From Octopus sinensis (lineage: Eukaryota): 64,000 bases of DNA. The DNA lies in contig NC_042997.1 in assembly GCF_006345805.1 (NCBI RefSeq), forward strand, positions 95,356,001 through 95,420,000, written 5' to 3'. Under the pieces are notes generated by a model, which searched no databases, was not told the DNA's origin, and saw only the letters and a list, made by a program, of their open reading frames with translations. Shown here piece after piece: positions 26,084-38,752 of the stretch (its first letter is position 1; each line of letters begins with the position of its first letter). The position numbers were made by a program, and so were the translations under genes.

Positions 26084-26255
26084 CGGTTTTTTTGACTTTT
26101 TATTAAAATTTTATGTATTGATTAAGTCTTTCCTTGTTTGTTTTGCAAAATAGTGGTTTTGTCTCTAATAATATTATATAATATCTTACTATAAAATTGG
26201 AATTAATCCTAAATCTGATTTTTCCCTGTAAATTTGGATTTATTCCCTAATATTT

Positions 26256-26319
<64 letters not shown>

Positions 26320-26331
26320 TATATACCTCGT

Positions 26332-26866
26332 GACCAAATATTATTACACGTTAGGCCACCGGAGGGGTAAATTTTAATTAATTTTCCATTTCCCTTTCAT
26401 ATGTTTAAGTATTATAAGTTTTAGGGATAAGTTCGATTTTAAAAGTTGGTATTTTTTATTGCCCGCGAAAGGCTGCGTCTGCGCACTAGATTTTGAAAAA
26501 ATTAGGATATATAAACGGGAGGCACATAGTTTGATTGCCTCGTTGTTTATATATTTAACCCAAGGTGTACCTGTTGAGGAAGATTTCATCTCGTGTGCAA
26601 ATATTATATATTGTTTGCTCAACTAAAATCAGAAACCAATTGGTCCAGGAAACTTGATGGTAAATTTTTTTTATTTTTTCATTTCGTTCCTGTTGAATTT
26701 TATCACAAATTTTTGTGATTATAGAACCTAGCTGTTCTTTCTAACGTGTTGAATTCCACGAGTGGATTCCTAATTCATAGTCTTTTGGGACCAAACTTTT
26801 ACACGTTAGGCCACTGGAGGTAAGAATTTTTATTAATTTCCCATTTTCCTTTGATATGTTTAAGTA
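26332..26866 (+). mobile_element. Small element with ~80-bp terminal direct repeats and a degenerate hammerhead-like motif
   Basis: 26332-26412 is similar to 26789-26866 (ttacacgttaggccac.ggagg...atatgtttaagtat); CCTG-TTGAGGA...GAAAC-CAATTG-GTC-CAGG at 26570-26649. Confidence 0.5.
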
Positions 26867-26873
26867 TATAATA

Positions 26874-26941
<68 letters not shown>

Positions 26942-26960
26942 ATATATATATATATATATA

Positions 26961-27230
26961 GTGGAGGCGCGTTACTCCATGTTTATGGCTCTTTACTCGT
27001 CATCTCGTGAGATTGTAGATTCGATTCCTGGACCAGGCGATGCAGTGTGTTCTTGAGCAGAACTCTTAATTTCACATTCCACCACTCCACTCAAGTGCCA
27101 AAAGGGAGCAATTACGCGACAGACTGGTGTCCTGTCCCGGGAAGTCGTATGGACGCTATAGAAACCAACTTCAGAAAACCAGCATTATGAGCTAATATCT
27201 CGGGAAGGACCTTTCATCCTCAAATGCGAA
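26961..27230 (+). mobile_element. tRNA-derived SINE (degenerate)
   Basis: Head gtggaggcgc...gattcgattcctggacc (B-box-like) followed by gtgttcttgagcagaac. Confidence 0.6.
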
Positions 27231-27257
27231 CGAGCGAATTATGTGTGTGAATCCATA

Positions 27258-27297
<40 letters not shown>

Positions 27298-28105
27298 CGT
27301 GCGTGCTTGTGTATGTGTATAAGTGTGCGTTCGTGTGGTCTTGAAATATGAATAGGCTGTTTCTAATTGGTTGATCTTTACGCATGTCACGAAGAAAAAT
27401 TAAATCACATGAGTACATGTTTTACACTGCACATAATTATTGATATGCTTTCAGACAAACATTTGAAATAGTGAAGTGAATTGGTCGAAACTGCAATAAA
27501 ATCCATTTGAATAATTCAGCACCTTTATTACATTACACAAGTTTACTCTATGCTGCAGATAGTATTATACTCTTTGCTGTAGATAGTATTAGACATTATT
27601 GTTTCTAGGACAACGTTGGTTACTTTAATGACTAAACTTCGTATATCTGTACATTTATGAAGCAATTCGTACATTTCCCGCATATGTCTCATCGAGTATA
27701 TGGTTCCCTTAAGTCATATATGTATATATATGAAATAGACTTTCTTTTATAAGATATCTCTGTAGCTCATGCGTGATTATGTGACACTGCTATTTCAACT
27801 TTTGTAGGTAACAAGCTATAATATAGATGTTCGTAAAGATAATACATAAGACTTGATAGAAACATGGTAAGCTATGATTATTGCAGCGCGTCTGGACAAT
27901 GCAATAATTTAATATCAGATATCATTGGAAGTTCTTTTACGATGTAATCCTAAAAGCGATATCTAAGACATAACTAACGTTTTATCTTTTGAAACTCAGC
28001 GAGAATAACAAAGTTTCTGGTAGGTTTGAATATACATATATGTATATATTTTCTCTCTCTCTCTCTAAATGTAATATATATGCATATATATACACATACA
28101 CACAA

Positions 28106-28159
<54 letters not shown>

Positions 28160-28163
28160 GTAT

Positions 28164-28194
<31 letters not shown>

Positions 28195-28220
28195 ATATGT
28201 ATATACACAAACACACACAC

Positions 28221-28264
<44 letters not shown>

Positions 28265-29624
28265 ATATATGTATATATGTATATATTTATTAGATTTAGA
28301 GAGAGAGAGAAGAGAGAGAGAAAAAAAATATATATATATATATATATATACAAAGTTTCTGAGTAAGCATAGATACATACATATGCACATATACAATGTA
28401 GATATATACGTGGTTATATATGTATATATGTGTGTATGTACATATACAAATAGGCACCTATCCACACAGTTATTCAATAATTATATGAAGATACTTGTAG
28501 TAAAGATGACGCATGAATGTAAGTCTATGAGTAAATATAATCACAAACTCGTCGAAAGTTGATTCATTATCGAGATTTCATAATTGCGAGCATGACATTC
28601 GTAAATGCATTTCATAGCAATCAGAAAACATGATACATTAATCTAATCCCTATGAAATACTACATGGTCAATTATATTTTCAGTATAAATATACACGGTT
28701 TATATATGAGGTTTTCATTACTGTTTTTGTTTAGTATTTTTAGTTTATTGTGGTAATGAGATAAATGGATTGGAAGAAGACACACCTTCAGAAACTCAAC
28801 TCACTTCCTCTCATCAAACTCAGTTTTAAGCTTCATTATATGGACGCTAAATGAAATTTGCTTCACACTGTATTTTTGTCTCAGTGTATTTTTAAGAATT
28901 TGTTATGTAAGAATTTTATTGTGGTATCCCAGTCAAGCATTTACTGTTATTTACAGGTTATGATCTACTATACAAATGCGCCTTATTGTAGATGCGTGCT
29001 AAACCGGTATGAACGCGTTAAAACTCTACAAACAGCCGAGAAGTTAAAATAATTAACTTTACCTATTTTAGATATGCGTCTAAAATATGCGTCTAAAATA
29101 TGTAAAGTTAACTATTGTAGTTGTTAAATATCCGTTACAATCAAATATCTATGTAGCGCACATATAAGAGAAATAACAAGTTTATCGGTTGTTGGAATTG
29201 TGTTATATTCATCGAAGGTGATGACTGTACTGCGTACATTAAACTTATTTCTCGTATCCTAGTCAGTGAGCAAGTGAGCAATATCAACGTCCATTAAACA
29301 TGTTTAGAACGGGTTCACTACATTTTCAACAACAAGACTGACAATGCAGAGAATAAATATCGTTAGAACACGCAGCGTTTTTCGTCGATATTTATAAACA
29401 TCCTAACCACATATCAACGACTGTGCACATGAAATTGAACACTTGGCATGTACTTCTTACAGTAATCGTTCCTTACACTCACCTCTATCAAGACTATTTT
29501 GTGTAGACCTACAAATTTTAGCGGTGGCCATTGCGAGAATGTCTTAGACGATACGGCCATAGCTCAGTAGCTGCTCTTCTCCTGCCGTTCTGCATCTTAG
29601 AATGCAAACCAATATAATATTTTG

Positions 29625-29850
29625 GGCCTAGTGAATACAGCGAGTTGGTAGAGTCGTTAGCACACTGGGCAAAATGCTTACCGGTATTTCGTCCGTCATT
29701 AACTTTGGAGTTGAAATTTCACCGACGTCTACTTTGCCTTTCATACTTTGCCATTGATAAAATAAGTACCAGTGGAACATTTGGGTCGATGTAATAGACT
29801 TTTCCCCTTCCTCGAATTTGCTGGGCTTGTGGCAAAATTTGGAACCAATA
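29625..29850 (+). mobile_element. tRNA-derived SINE
   Basis: gcgagttggtagagtcgttagcacactgggcaaaatgc...ctttgcctttcat...aaaataagtaccag. Confidence 0.8.
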
Positions 29851-31038
29851 TGTGTGGTCAAATGAATATTTAACTGTTGTTTGAATGTGTCTATAATTAA
29901 GTATGCTGCAATGTTATATTCGTTTTGTACTTACAAATGCAAAACTTGCAGGTCTAGGGTGGTTTTACATATTTTCATTTTGGATTCATTGAAGAAGTAC
30001 ATTTCGATAATATTTTCTTCGCAATGATTCGATGGATCGTTCCAGCTGAGCCAGTAGAAAGAAAATATAAAATCTAAGTTATATTTGTGGGCGGAGCGTC
30101 GAAATAATAACTACTTAATATTTTGCGGTAATATTTCAAGATATATTTAGTAAGTTGGGTGTCAGTACGTTATAGGAGGATGGAGTTCAAATTTCGCCCG
30201 GAAGTGTATTGTTGTTTAAAAGGCATGTATGTGGTTTAGTGATAACTAACATACACAGTTGTTGAATGTATTATCTCTACAGTTCTAAACTTGCAGTGTT
30301 TGGCTAATGAGAATAGTTTCCAGTTTCTCTGTTTTATGTGGTTTAGAATGATTTTGGTTATTATACGTTATATAGCGTGTTATGAATTTACTGTCTTCAA
30401 TATATTGATTTCGTTCATTGATAACGTACTCCACACTGAAATAAATGGGAAAATCGGAATGCTATATATTGATACATTCGAAAACTCTTCTATCTACCGA
30501 TTTGCTTTAATAGCTCTATTGATATCGTTCCATACACTTTATCGAGTATCCTGCACACAATTCCAGAGTAATAATATTTTGGCCATTAGATATGGTTATT
30601 TAATCTTTTATATGTATGAATATAAATGTTACCTGAATCAATGTTTTGCCTGTGTTTTGCCGCACTATTTCCTATGACACTGTCCGGGTAGTTTATCAAT
30701 TCATTCTGCATTGGATGCCACAAAGAAAAGAATTATGAAATGTATATATTCCGATATGAATTCATATGTTTTGATTTGTTTTTCTTTTTTCTTTGCCTCT
30801 TCATCTTTTCACTGGCAATGGAACTAGCAATATATCATTTCCCAATTGCAACTAAGTAAAGATCACACGAATCAAAGAAAATCTCATGGATAGCAGATAA
30901 AGTTCACCCAATGACACCATAGCACATTGGGGAATGTAGTCATATCTACATTTTATACAAACAGTAGAGATGTCAAAGCTGCAGATTAGTTGGCGTAGGT
31001 ATGGAGGCTAAGTACTTGCAACGAAGTATAAACTAAGA

Positions 31039-31545
31039 TGTATTGGGTTGTCCGGAAAGTTCGTGCCGATTTATTGTAGCTTATTTTCGACTTATGTTAG
31101 AACATGGTTGAGTCCATAAAATAGGATTTGACTACACCTCCATTTAGAGCACAGTTTAAGCTATGTTTCGTGGAAGAATGTTTATGTTCCTATAACCTGT
31201 GTTAATTCTGTAACCCTTTAAAATGGAAGATAAGGAATTTCATTTCGGGACTTAATGTTTTGGGAACCAGACAAAAATTGCTGCAGCTTGGCCAGGATAT
31301 GCTATCCCACCCTCCATATTCACCAGATATTGCTCCTTCGGATTTCCACTTAGTCAGGTCTCTGCAGAATAGTCTTAATGGTAAAAATTTCAATTCCTTG
31401 GATGGCATAAAAAGATACCTTGATGAATTCATTGCCATTAAACTACCCCAATTCTGGGAAGAGGTTATTTTCAAGTTAAAGGAAAGATGTAGACGCATTG
31501 TGCAACAAACTGGCTCATATTTGGTTGATTAAAAATGTAATGGCA
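31039..31545 (+). mobile_element. Internally deleted mariner (left TIR, first codons and transposase C-terminus)
   Basis: TIR-like tattgggttgtccggaaagttcgtgccgattt; MEDKEFHF at 31223; TRQKLLQLG..LSHPPYSPDIAPSDFHL...GSYLVD* (YSPDLAP-type motif). Confidence 0.9.
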
Positions 31546-33414
31546 AGTATTTATTGACTATTACGCTATTCACTGTAATCAAGTGAACATTTTAATTAAA
31601 ATATTAAGTAATCTCCTGGGAAAACACTATGGTTTATTATATATAGAAATAATTAGAAAGTTATAAATACATGTGATTTGCAAGAAGTAAACAAATGTGG
31701 GAAAAAGCTAATTGTACCAATTTATATGCATACATGCGAAATTATTTTTCTCATTTTTTAATATTTTTGTAAAATATATGTATGTGTGTGTCACATGTAT
31801 GTATACAGTGTACATAAATGTGTGAATGCACACGAATGTATCTACACGTATACCTATACATATAAATATAGCGCGCGCGCACATACATACACAGACAGAC
31901 GGGCAGACAGACACACACACATATATACATATCTATGTACGGCATAGTGGCATGGCTGCATTATCGCAAGAAGACTTGGTTCAAAGTGCACCCAGACTGT
32001 AACCAATAGATGAAAATTAAACTGCATATATTTTTATAATCTAATTTTATATATGACATTATGTAAGAGATTTCGCAGCCATCTTTTGTCGTTAACATTC
32101 AGAATATTTATTTGTAATGAATTGTAATCATCTAGTATGAAACAACCATTTTGACATGAAATAATTTTAAAATATTTAGTATTTTCGTTGATTTTCAGAA
32201 ACCGTACTTATAAATAATTGACACGACGCTTTCAAATGTTTACACAAGGTAATTACTCATATCGTAACTGTACGACATGAAGAAATTAAATAATCCACAA
32301 GAAGATTTAATCAGAGCCATGTAGTATTCTTAACATTCAAATTAGTGATTAATTGATTTACGAAGCAACGAAAGAGCTTCTAATTTATTGATCGATGCGC
32401 TAACTTTAACAGCAAATTCCGGTTTGGAAATTATATATTAAATAAATAAGAAAATGTTGGACAATATAGTCAACGTAGACGAAATTGCAGGCTACTCACA
32501 GTTAAACGTTTTTGATTATGAATTTGCTCATTTAACCTGACGTAGATATAAGCAACTTATCTTATTTCAGATATGAAGCAGCTAATAAATGAAGAAATAG
32601 CAGATAATCAGTATACTGATATTGTTGCAAAATGACACTCTTCCTATGTTGTTGTTTGTCGCAAAGCAAATCTACTAGGGACTTTACAAACTGCAACCAC
32701 CTCGTCTTTTGTGTTCCATCATAGTATATCCAGGAATATATTAGCCAATACGTCTGTCTTTCTAAGTAATTTGAGAGATATTTCTGAGACATTTAGATGC
32801 CATTTTTAACTCACAAAGCGAACATGTAGAGGATCACTTCGTTGGCTTGTTACACATCGTGTTCTTGCTACTATGCCTCTAGTAAAATAATTTACTTCTT
32901 AAGTACAACAAACAACTCTACTGGCATCAGGCTTTAATGTGAAAAGATTGTTGCGTTGAGTTTGTCGTAGGGAACATATTAACCGGATACACGCTAGGTG
33001 TTAAAAGAGTGTTTATCTAGTATAGTATAGTGTAGGATTTAACCGTGGAATATGAATTGTTGAATACCTGCATGAGAATAGGATCGGCTTAGATGAAAAA
33101 TGTGGATGACAAGAAGATATATATAGTATTTTGAATCAAGAGTATCCTAGATATTTTCATTCGTCCAAATGTTGTACAAGAATTTTGATCAAGTGCGTGG
33201 GTTAGACGTGATAAGCATGTTGCAACTCTCTTTATAAGGACAAAGATAGATTTGCGGGAAATAAGAATTGCCGAACCAAATACAAGAAGGTTCTTTCTTC
33301 CCGGATTATTTCAAATACATAGGTGTCATTTTTTAATGCAATGTATAATACAGACCCATTATATGTATGTGTGCTTATATATATTTATATATTCTTATGA
33401 CAATACAAGCACAG

Positions 33415-33570
33415 GAATAAACATACATGCATACGTATGTATGTATGTATGCATGTATTTATGTATGTATATATGCATGTATGTATGTATGTATGCATGC
33501 ATGTATGTATGTATGTATGTACGGATGGTTGATGGATGGATGGATGGATGGATATATGTATGTATGTAAA
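33415..33570. repeat. (TATG)n/(GGAT)n microsatellite
   Basis: Direct reading. Confidence 0.95.
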
Positions 33571-34543
33571 TAATATTACTGTTCTTTCTTACGAAATATA
33601 TAGAACTGCTAAAAATAAGTGCTCGAGTCGAACCCGAAGGAAAAGATAAGAATTAAGATATAAACTCAAATTATGCGTCGATATGTATTAATATATGTAT
33701 TCGAATATTAAGTCGAAATTATAAATGTATGAGTTTGATTGCCTAATTTGTGTTTATATCTTAATTCTTATATGTATGTATGTATGTATGTATGTGTGAA
33801 TGTGTGTGAGTAATAACTATATTTTTTTTACATCGTATATTTTTTCTTTTTTTTGGTAATTACAATGGAAAACAAATGATCGAAGTTTTTACATAGATGA
33901 GAGAATTTAGTAGTGAAATAAATACATTATTATGAATTTAGCTGCTCTATACATAATGAATTTAGCTGCTATATATGTAAAAAAAAAAAATTACGTCCCC
34001 TTTGACCAGCCATATATCAGATTTCATTTGTCTATGAAAAATAAATAGCATGCGATTGCTAAGAAAAACTGGTGCATTTTTATTTTAACGATTGATTGTC
34101 TCTCAAAAATTGAATTTATGTTTATTAAAATAATGTTACACATGTTAAATATTTAACATAATGGGGCGGTACAATAAAATACTTGAAAACCAGTGAAATA
34201 GGTATCAACACTTCGAAATTTCTTATTTTCGAACGTAAAATTATCTTTCAGATACCTTTAGGGCTTTGTTGAATGCAAATATTTTCTAAATAAATATGAG
34301 GCAAATAGTAAACACATGCCGTGCAATATAATCAATATATTAGTTAGATATTAGAACGCGACTGATTGTAGTAGTTATATTTATGGAACGCGAATGAAAG
34401 ACCTTCACTTATATTCGGATTTTACTTTCATTTCCAAGATATAAATGTATATACTTACATATAAGCACACACATGTATACACACATACGTGCGTATATAC
34501 ATACATACATACATACGCACGCACATACATACATTCACGTGTG

Positions 34544-34586
<43 letters not shown>

Positions 34587-36964
34587 TATCCGAAATGTAT
34601 AGTATTAAATATCCATCACGGGCGTGTTAGGTAACAAACCAATTATATTACTTTACGCTCATCAGAGTTAGGCTATATGGAAGGGAATATGGCGACTACT
34701 CTCTATTGTCGGAGGTGTATTACCACAAACGGTCAGCGATTGTTGTGAAAAAGGTGGTAGAACGGAAGAGTGGTCACGGGATTAGTTTAAGAGTTATGTC
34801 CCCTTGTTGGGGTTGCTGTAAAGCCGGCAAGAGTCATCCTGAAGTGGTGAAAGTGTGTATTAACGTGGTGTTCCTGTGAGGATGAGGGTATGTGGTATGT
34901 GTTGTGGTGTCATATGTATATTTTTTCCTGGGTTGTAGGTGTATATAACTGTGATCATTGGTCTGTCTTATTTCTACGATAAAGTCGTGGGCAGGCTTTA
35001 TGACCCAGAGAGATTGACAGGCAGATACGATAGTAAGATTCAGATATTAATAGATTATGAGCGAACGTTGTGGGTGGAAGAAAAACGAAGGATTAGTTGA
35101 AATTTAATTATAATATTTAATGTTTATTGTGGTCATGCTTGGTTTAATCGAATAAGAAAAATGATTATATTCACTCGAGAATAATATCCAGTTTTCTTTA
35201 ATTAAAGAGCATTAGATGAATATTAAACCAGAACACAGAAGAAGAGCGAACAATAAAAGAATATTCTTCAAAGTCCACCAGATTATTCAATTTTGACTAT
35301 TTAGAATTCCAAATCAAGATTATTTTTATGTTAGAAAAGATTTGTTTTCAAATTACTCATCTGATCTCAAATTCACCTTCTATTCTTTTGGAATCTTTAA
35401 AATATGTCCACACATTCATTCCAGTCATACCGAATTTTTCTGCTTCTATGAATATACTTTAATATATTTGTTACGTTAAATATTATTTAATGACGAACTG
35501 CCCGATTGTAGAAAGGTTTTATAAAGATGTATAATGTAAATTTGCTTGTTATTTTCAGTGGAGCATTGATAAAATAAATATACACCTAGTGTTCCAATTA
35601 AACTACAATCAGAATTCAACAACACATCCGGTGAAACGAACCATCAAAGAAGCTATTAGTTCGTCGCTTTACCAGTTCAAAATGGTTGCCAAATCTCCTT
35701 TGAAACACAGAATAATATATTTTTAAATGTATTACAATCAAATGGTTTGATTATGGGCAGAAATACTTCAGTTACAGATCTCCTCGGTCAAATCAATCTA
35801 ACGCTGAACAACAACGGACGTCTGAAAAGCGTGGCTACTTGCCAAAGATACAGAAAAAAATCAGTATGAATAATTTTGTTGATAAATATTTTATAGAAAC
35901 TCGTTCAGCAAAATTTAGCATTTTCCCAATAATAGTTGAGTTATCTTCAGTTTGCAATTTTATTTGTTAGACGAAATTATAAAAAACAATTTTCTAATAG
36001 TTTATTGAATTTTTTCAAAGCAAATAATTATTATATATAACTTCATTCGTTTCAAAATATATTTTTATTCTCCAAAATTCAATATTTTGAATGAGCAATG
36101 ATAATCATGAAATATAATTTCAAAGTTTGATTAACTTTACAGTAGATTTGTTGTCGATAAAAATAAAACGTATATTGCGTCAGAAACAAACATATGAACC
36201 ATAAAACATAAGCCAGAATATAGAACAATGTACCCTAAGAGGAAGTATTTCTGCATATCTAAAAGAAATCAATTGAAAAGCTCAGGGAAAAATGTTTGAA
36301 ATTTACTTTTAAATATATAAATGGTTTGAACATTATGTCACCATTAAGAAAAGCATACATATATATATATATATTCTAAACGATACGGAAGAAAGAGTGT
36401 ATTGAAAACTTTATTTATTGCAACAATTGTTTCAGCATATATCTGCACTGCTCCCAATTGGGTGGGGAGCGACATAATGAAATCGAATGCACCCTACAGT
36501 GGAGACAAACCCTCATCATGTGAAGTATTAGGCTTCTAAGTTATAAACTTTACATAGGAGTAGCTGGATAAAGTTGTGAGTATTGGTGTGTTGGTAGAAG
36601 TCGTTCCCAAATACATTGATGGAGTAAAATAAGAGTGGTGTTTATTCAGATCTCAACAAGCAGGAAGTGGTTGATAAAAAGTACAAAATAGAATGCAGAG
36701 AATAAAGAGAAAGGTTTTATTGGCTTTGGAATGTTTTGATGGATGGTCATGCCCATCAAGAGTGACGACGTGGTGAAGAAGTTCCTGGTTCACATATTTA
36801 GACTTGATGGCTACTTACTAACCCTATGGAACGTATCCCAGGATACAGCGATTCGCACTTACGCCTATTTACACACACACACGAGTACATACGCGCATAT
36901 ACACTCATGTACGTTCACTCATGCTAATCGGCATATTTACATAGACTCCTCCATATATATATAC

Positions 36965-37215
36965 ATGAAGGAGCACTCCGGCGATTACGACGACGAGGGT
37001 CCCCGCTGATACGATCAAGCTTTCTTGTGAAATTAACATGAAAGTCGCTGCGCACTCCATAGATGCATGTACCCTTAACGTAATTCTCAGGAAGATTCAA
37101 TGTGATACAGAGGGTCTCAAGGTTGGCTCTTTAAAATACAGGTACTAATCATTTTAGCCAGCTGAGTGGACTGGAGCAACGTGAATAAACCGTCTTGCTC
37201 AGGAAGACAACGATC
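36965..37215 (+). mobile_element. SINE-like interspersed repeat
   Basis: ggagcactcc...gtacccttaacgtaattctcagg...gccagctgagtggactggagcaacgtgaa; similar motif inverted at 42370-42410. Confidence 0.65.
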
Positions 37216-37764
37216 CAATATATGTCAATATAAAATATATGATATATATACATGTACATATACATAATATAAATATATATTACATATATATATATATATA
37301 TGCGTGTAGAAAAATATATTCCACTAGATATACTGAATTCTCCTTGACATGGTGTTCTGGCTAGTAACACACTGACACAATGCAGGATAAGCTTGGGTTA
37401 GAACGACGAATGGGGGCTGGCTATAGTTGACTAAGAATATATTACATAAATTAATATCATAAATGAGAAAGAATAAAATCAGTCAAGGAAAGTTATGATG
37501 AAGAAGGATGGGTCTTTACTATTTGATATGAATACATATCTAGACGTACATACAGACTCGCGCGCGCACGTTTGCCGCCAAGTGGGTGTCATTATGTGGT
37601 TTTACTTTATCACGATGGTTTCATTAACAGCTGACTTCTAGCGCCCTGCTGGGTATTAGAAGCCCAATCAGTCATAGATGACAGGTCGTTAGGATGTCAG
37701 CTTTGGCTGACACGCACCCAGGTACAGAAGTATTTGTTTATATACTTAGACGCACACCAATGTA

Positions 37765-37890
37765 TATACTTACTCTTTTACTCTTTTAATTGTTTCCGTC
37801 ATTTGACCGCGGCCGTGCTGGAGCAACGCCTTTAGTCGAACAAATCAACCCCAGGACCGATTCTTGAAAACCTAGTACTTATTCTATCGG
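37765..37890 (-). mobile_element. SINE 3' part
   Basis: tactcttttactc...gcggccgtgctggagcaacgcc, the same tail as at 10632. Confidence 0.75.
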
Positions 37891-38674
37891 TCTCTTCTCT
37901 GTGATTATTATGTACCTTATTTTGTACCTTATATATAAAATACTACAATTAGACGTCAGTATTGATGGAACATGGTCAGCTAGTATAAAAAAATCTATAA
38001 AGCTCACTCGCAATTGTCTATATGACCTACGTTAATTCACACCCTATTTGTATGCAGGGTCCCATATATAGTGGTTTAGACATGCAAACAAACACATTTA
38101 CGAGCATTTCTGAGTGTGCATCCATATATTTGTCTTGACATGAGGCCCACTTGCAAATGTCTGCATTAGCAGTGTCTATTCACTCCATATAATGTGTATT
38201 TATGTATTTAATCTACCACACGCACGCCCAAAGACGAATATATTTATACATGTCTATATCTGTAAATATAGGCGCATAAGAACATACGTCGGTTACACAC
38301 AAACTCACTCAGATGGTTATACATATAAATATACAATTATCACATTGCATATTGTATAAACTGGAATTGGACAGACCCATTCGCTTGATTACAAATAAAT
38401 AAGTGATATTCATAATACATATCATATAAAATTGAATTGCAAGGATCGCAGGAACAATTCTTAACCTTCAACAATAATCTCTATAACATATTGGATAATA
38501 TGGATTGTTATAGATCGTCCGTAATTAAAACTTGTATAGACAAATATTATATAGGACAAGCACTGCGAGTTACCGGATTTCCTGACAATTATATCGTTAC
38601 TGTGAATGACATCAAGTAGCCCAAACGGTGTATGTTCTGTAATCCACACTAATAGACATACTAATCCAAGTTGT

Positions 38675-38752
<78 letters not shown>

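Larger units (their letters stand above)
22201..26180. mobile_element. ~4 kb fold-back element with ~1.3 kb inverted arms and terminal hammerhead ribozymes (Penelope-like non-autonomous element or retrozyme-like)
   Basis: 22201-23497 is the reverse complement of 24873-26180 (terminal 20/20 match tatataatattattagagac); the ORF at 23189-23428 (-) equals that at 24940-25179 (+); both ends sit in TA tracts. Confidence 0.8.

Noticed and set aside
22201-26180. Mitochondrial insertion (NUMT), suggested by the strand skew
   Set aside because: No mitochondrial gene, tRNA or rRNA sequence is recognisable, and hammerhead motifs are present
29555-29610. tRNA-like start ggccatagctcagtag
   Set aside because: No anticodon or T arm and no B box follows
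36490-36530. SGDKPSSCEV resembling a C2H2 zinc-finger linker
   Set aside because: The His and second Cys residues are missing; single degenerate match
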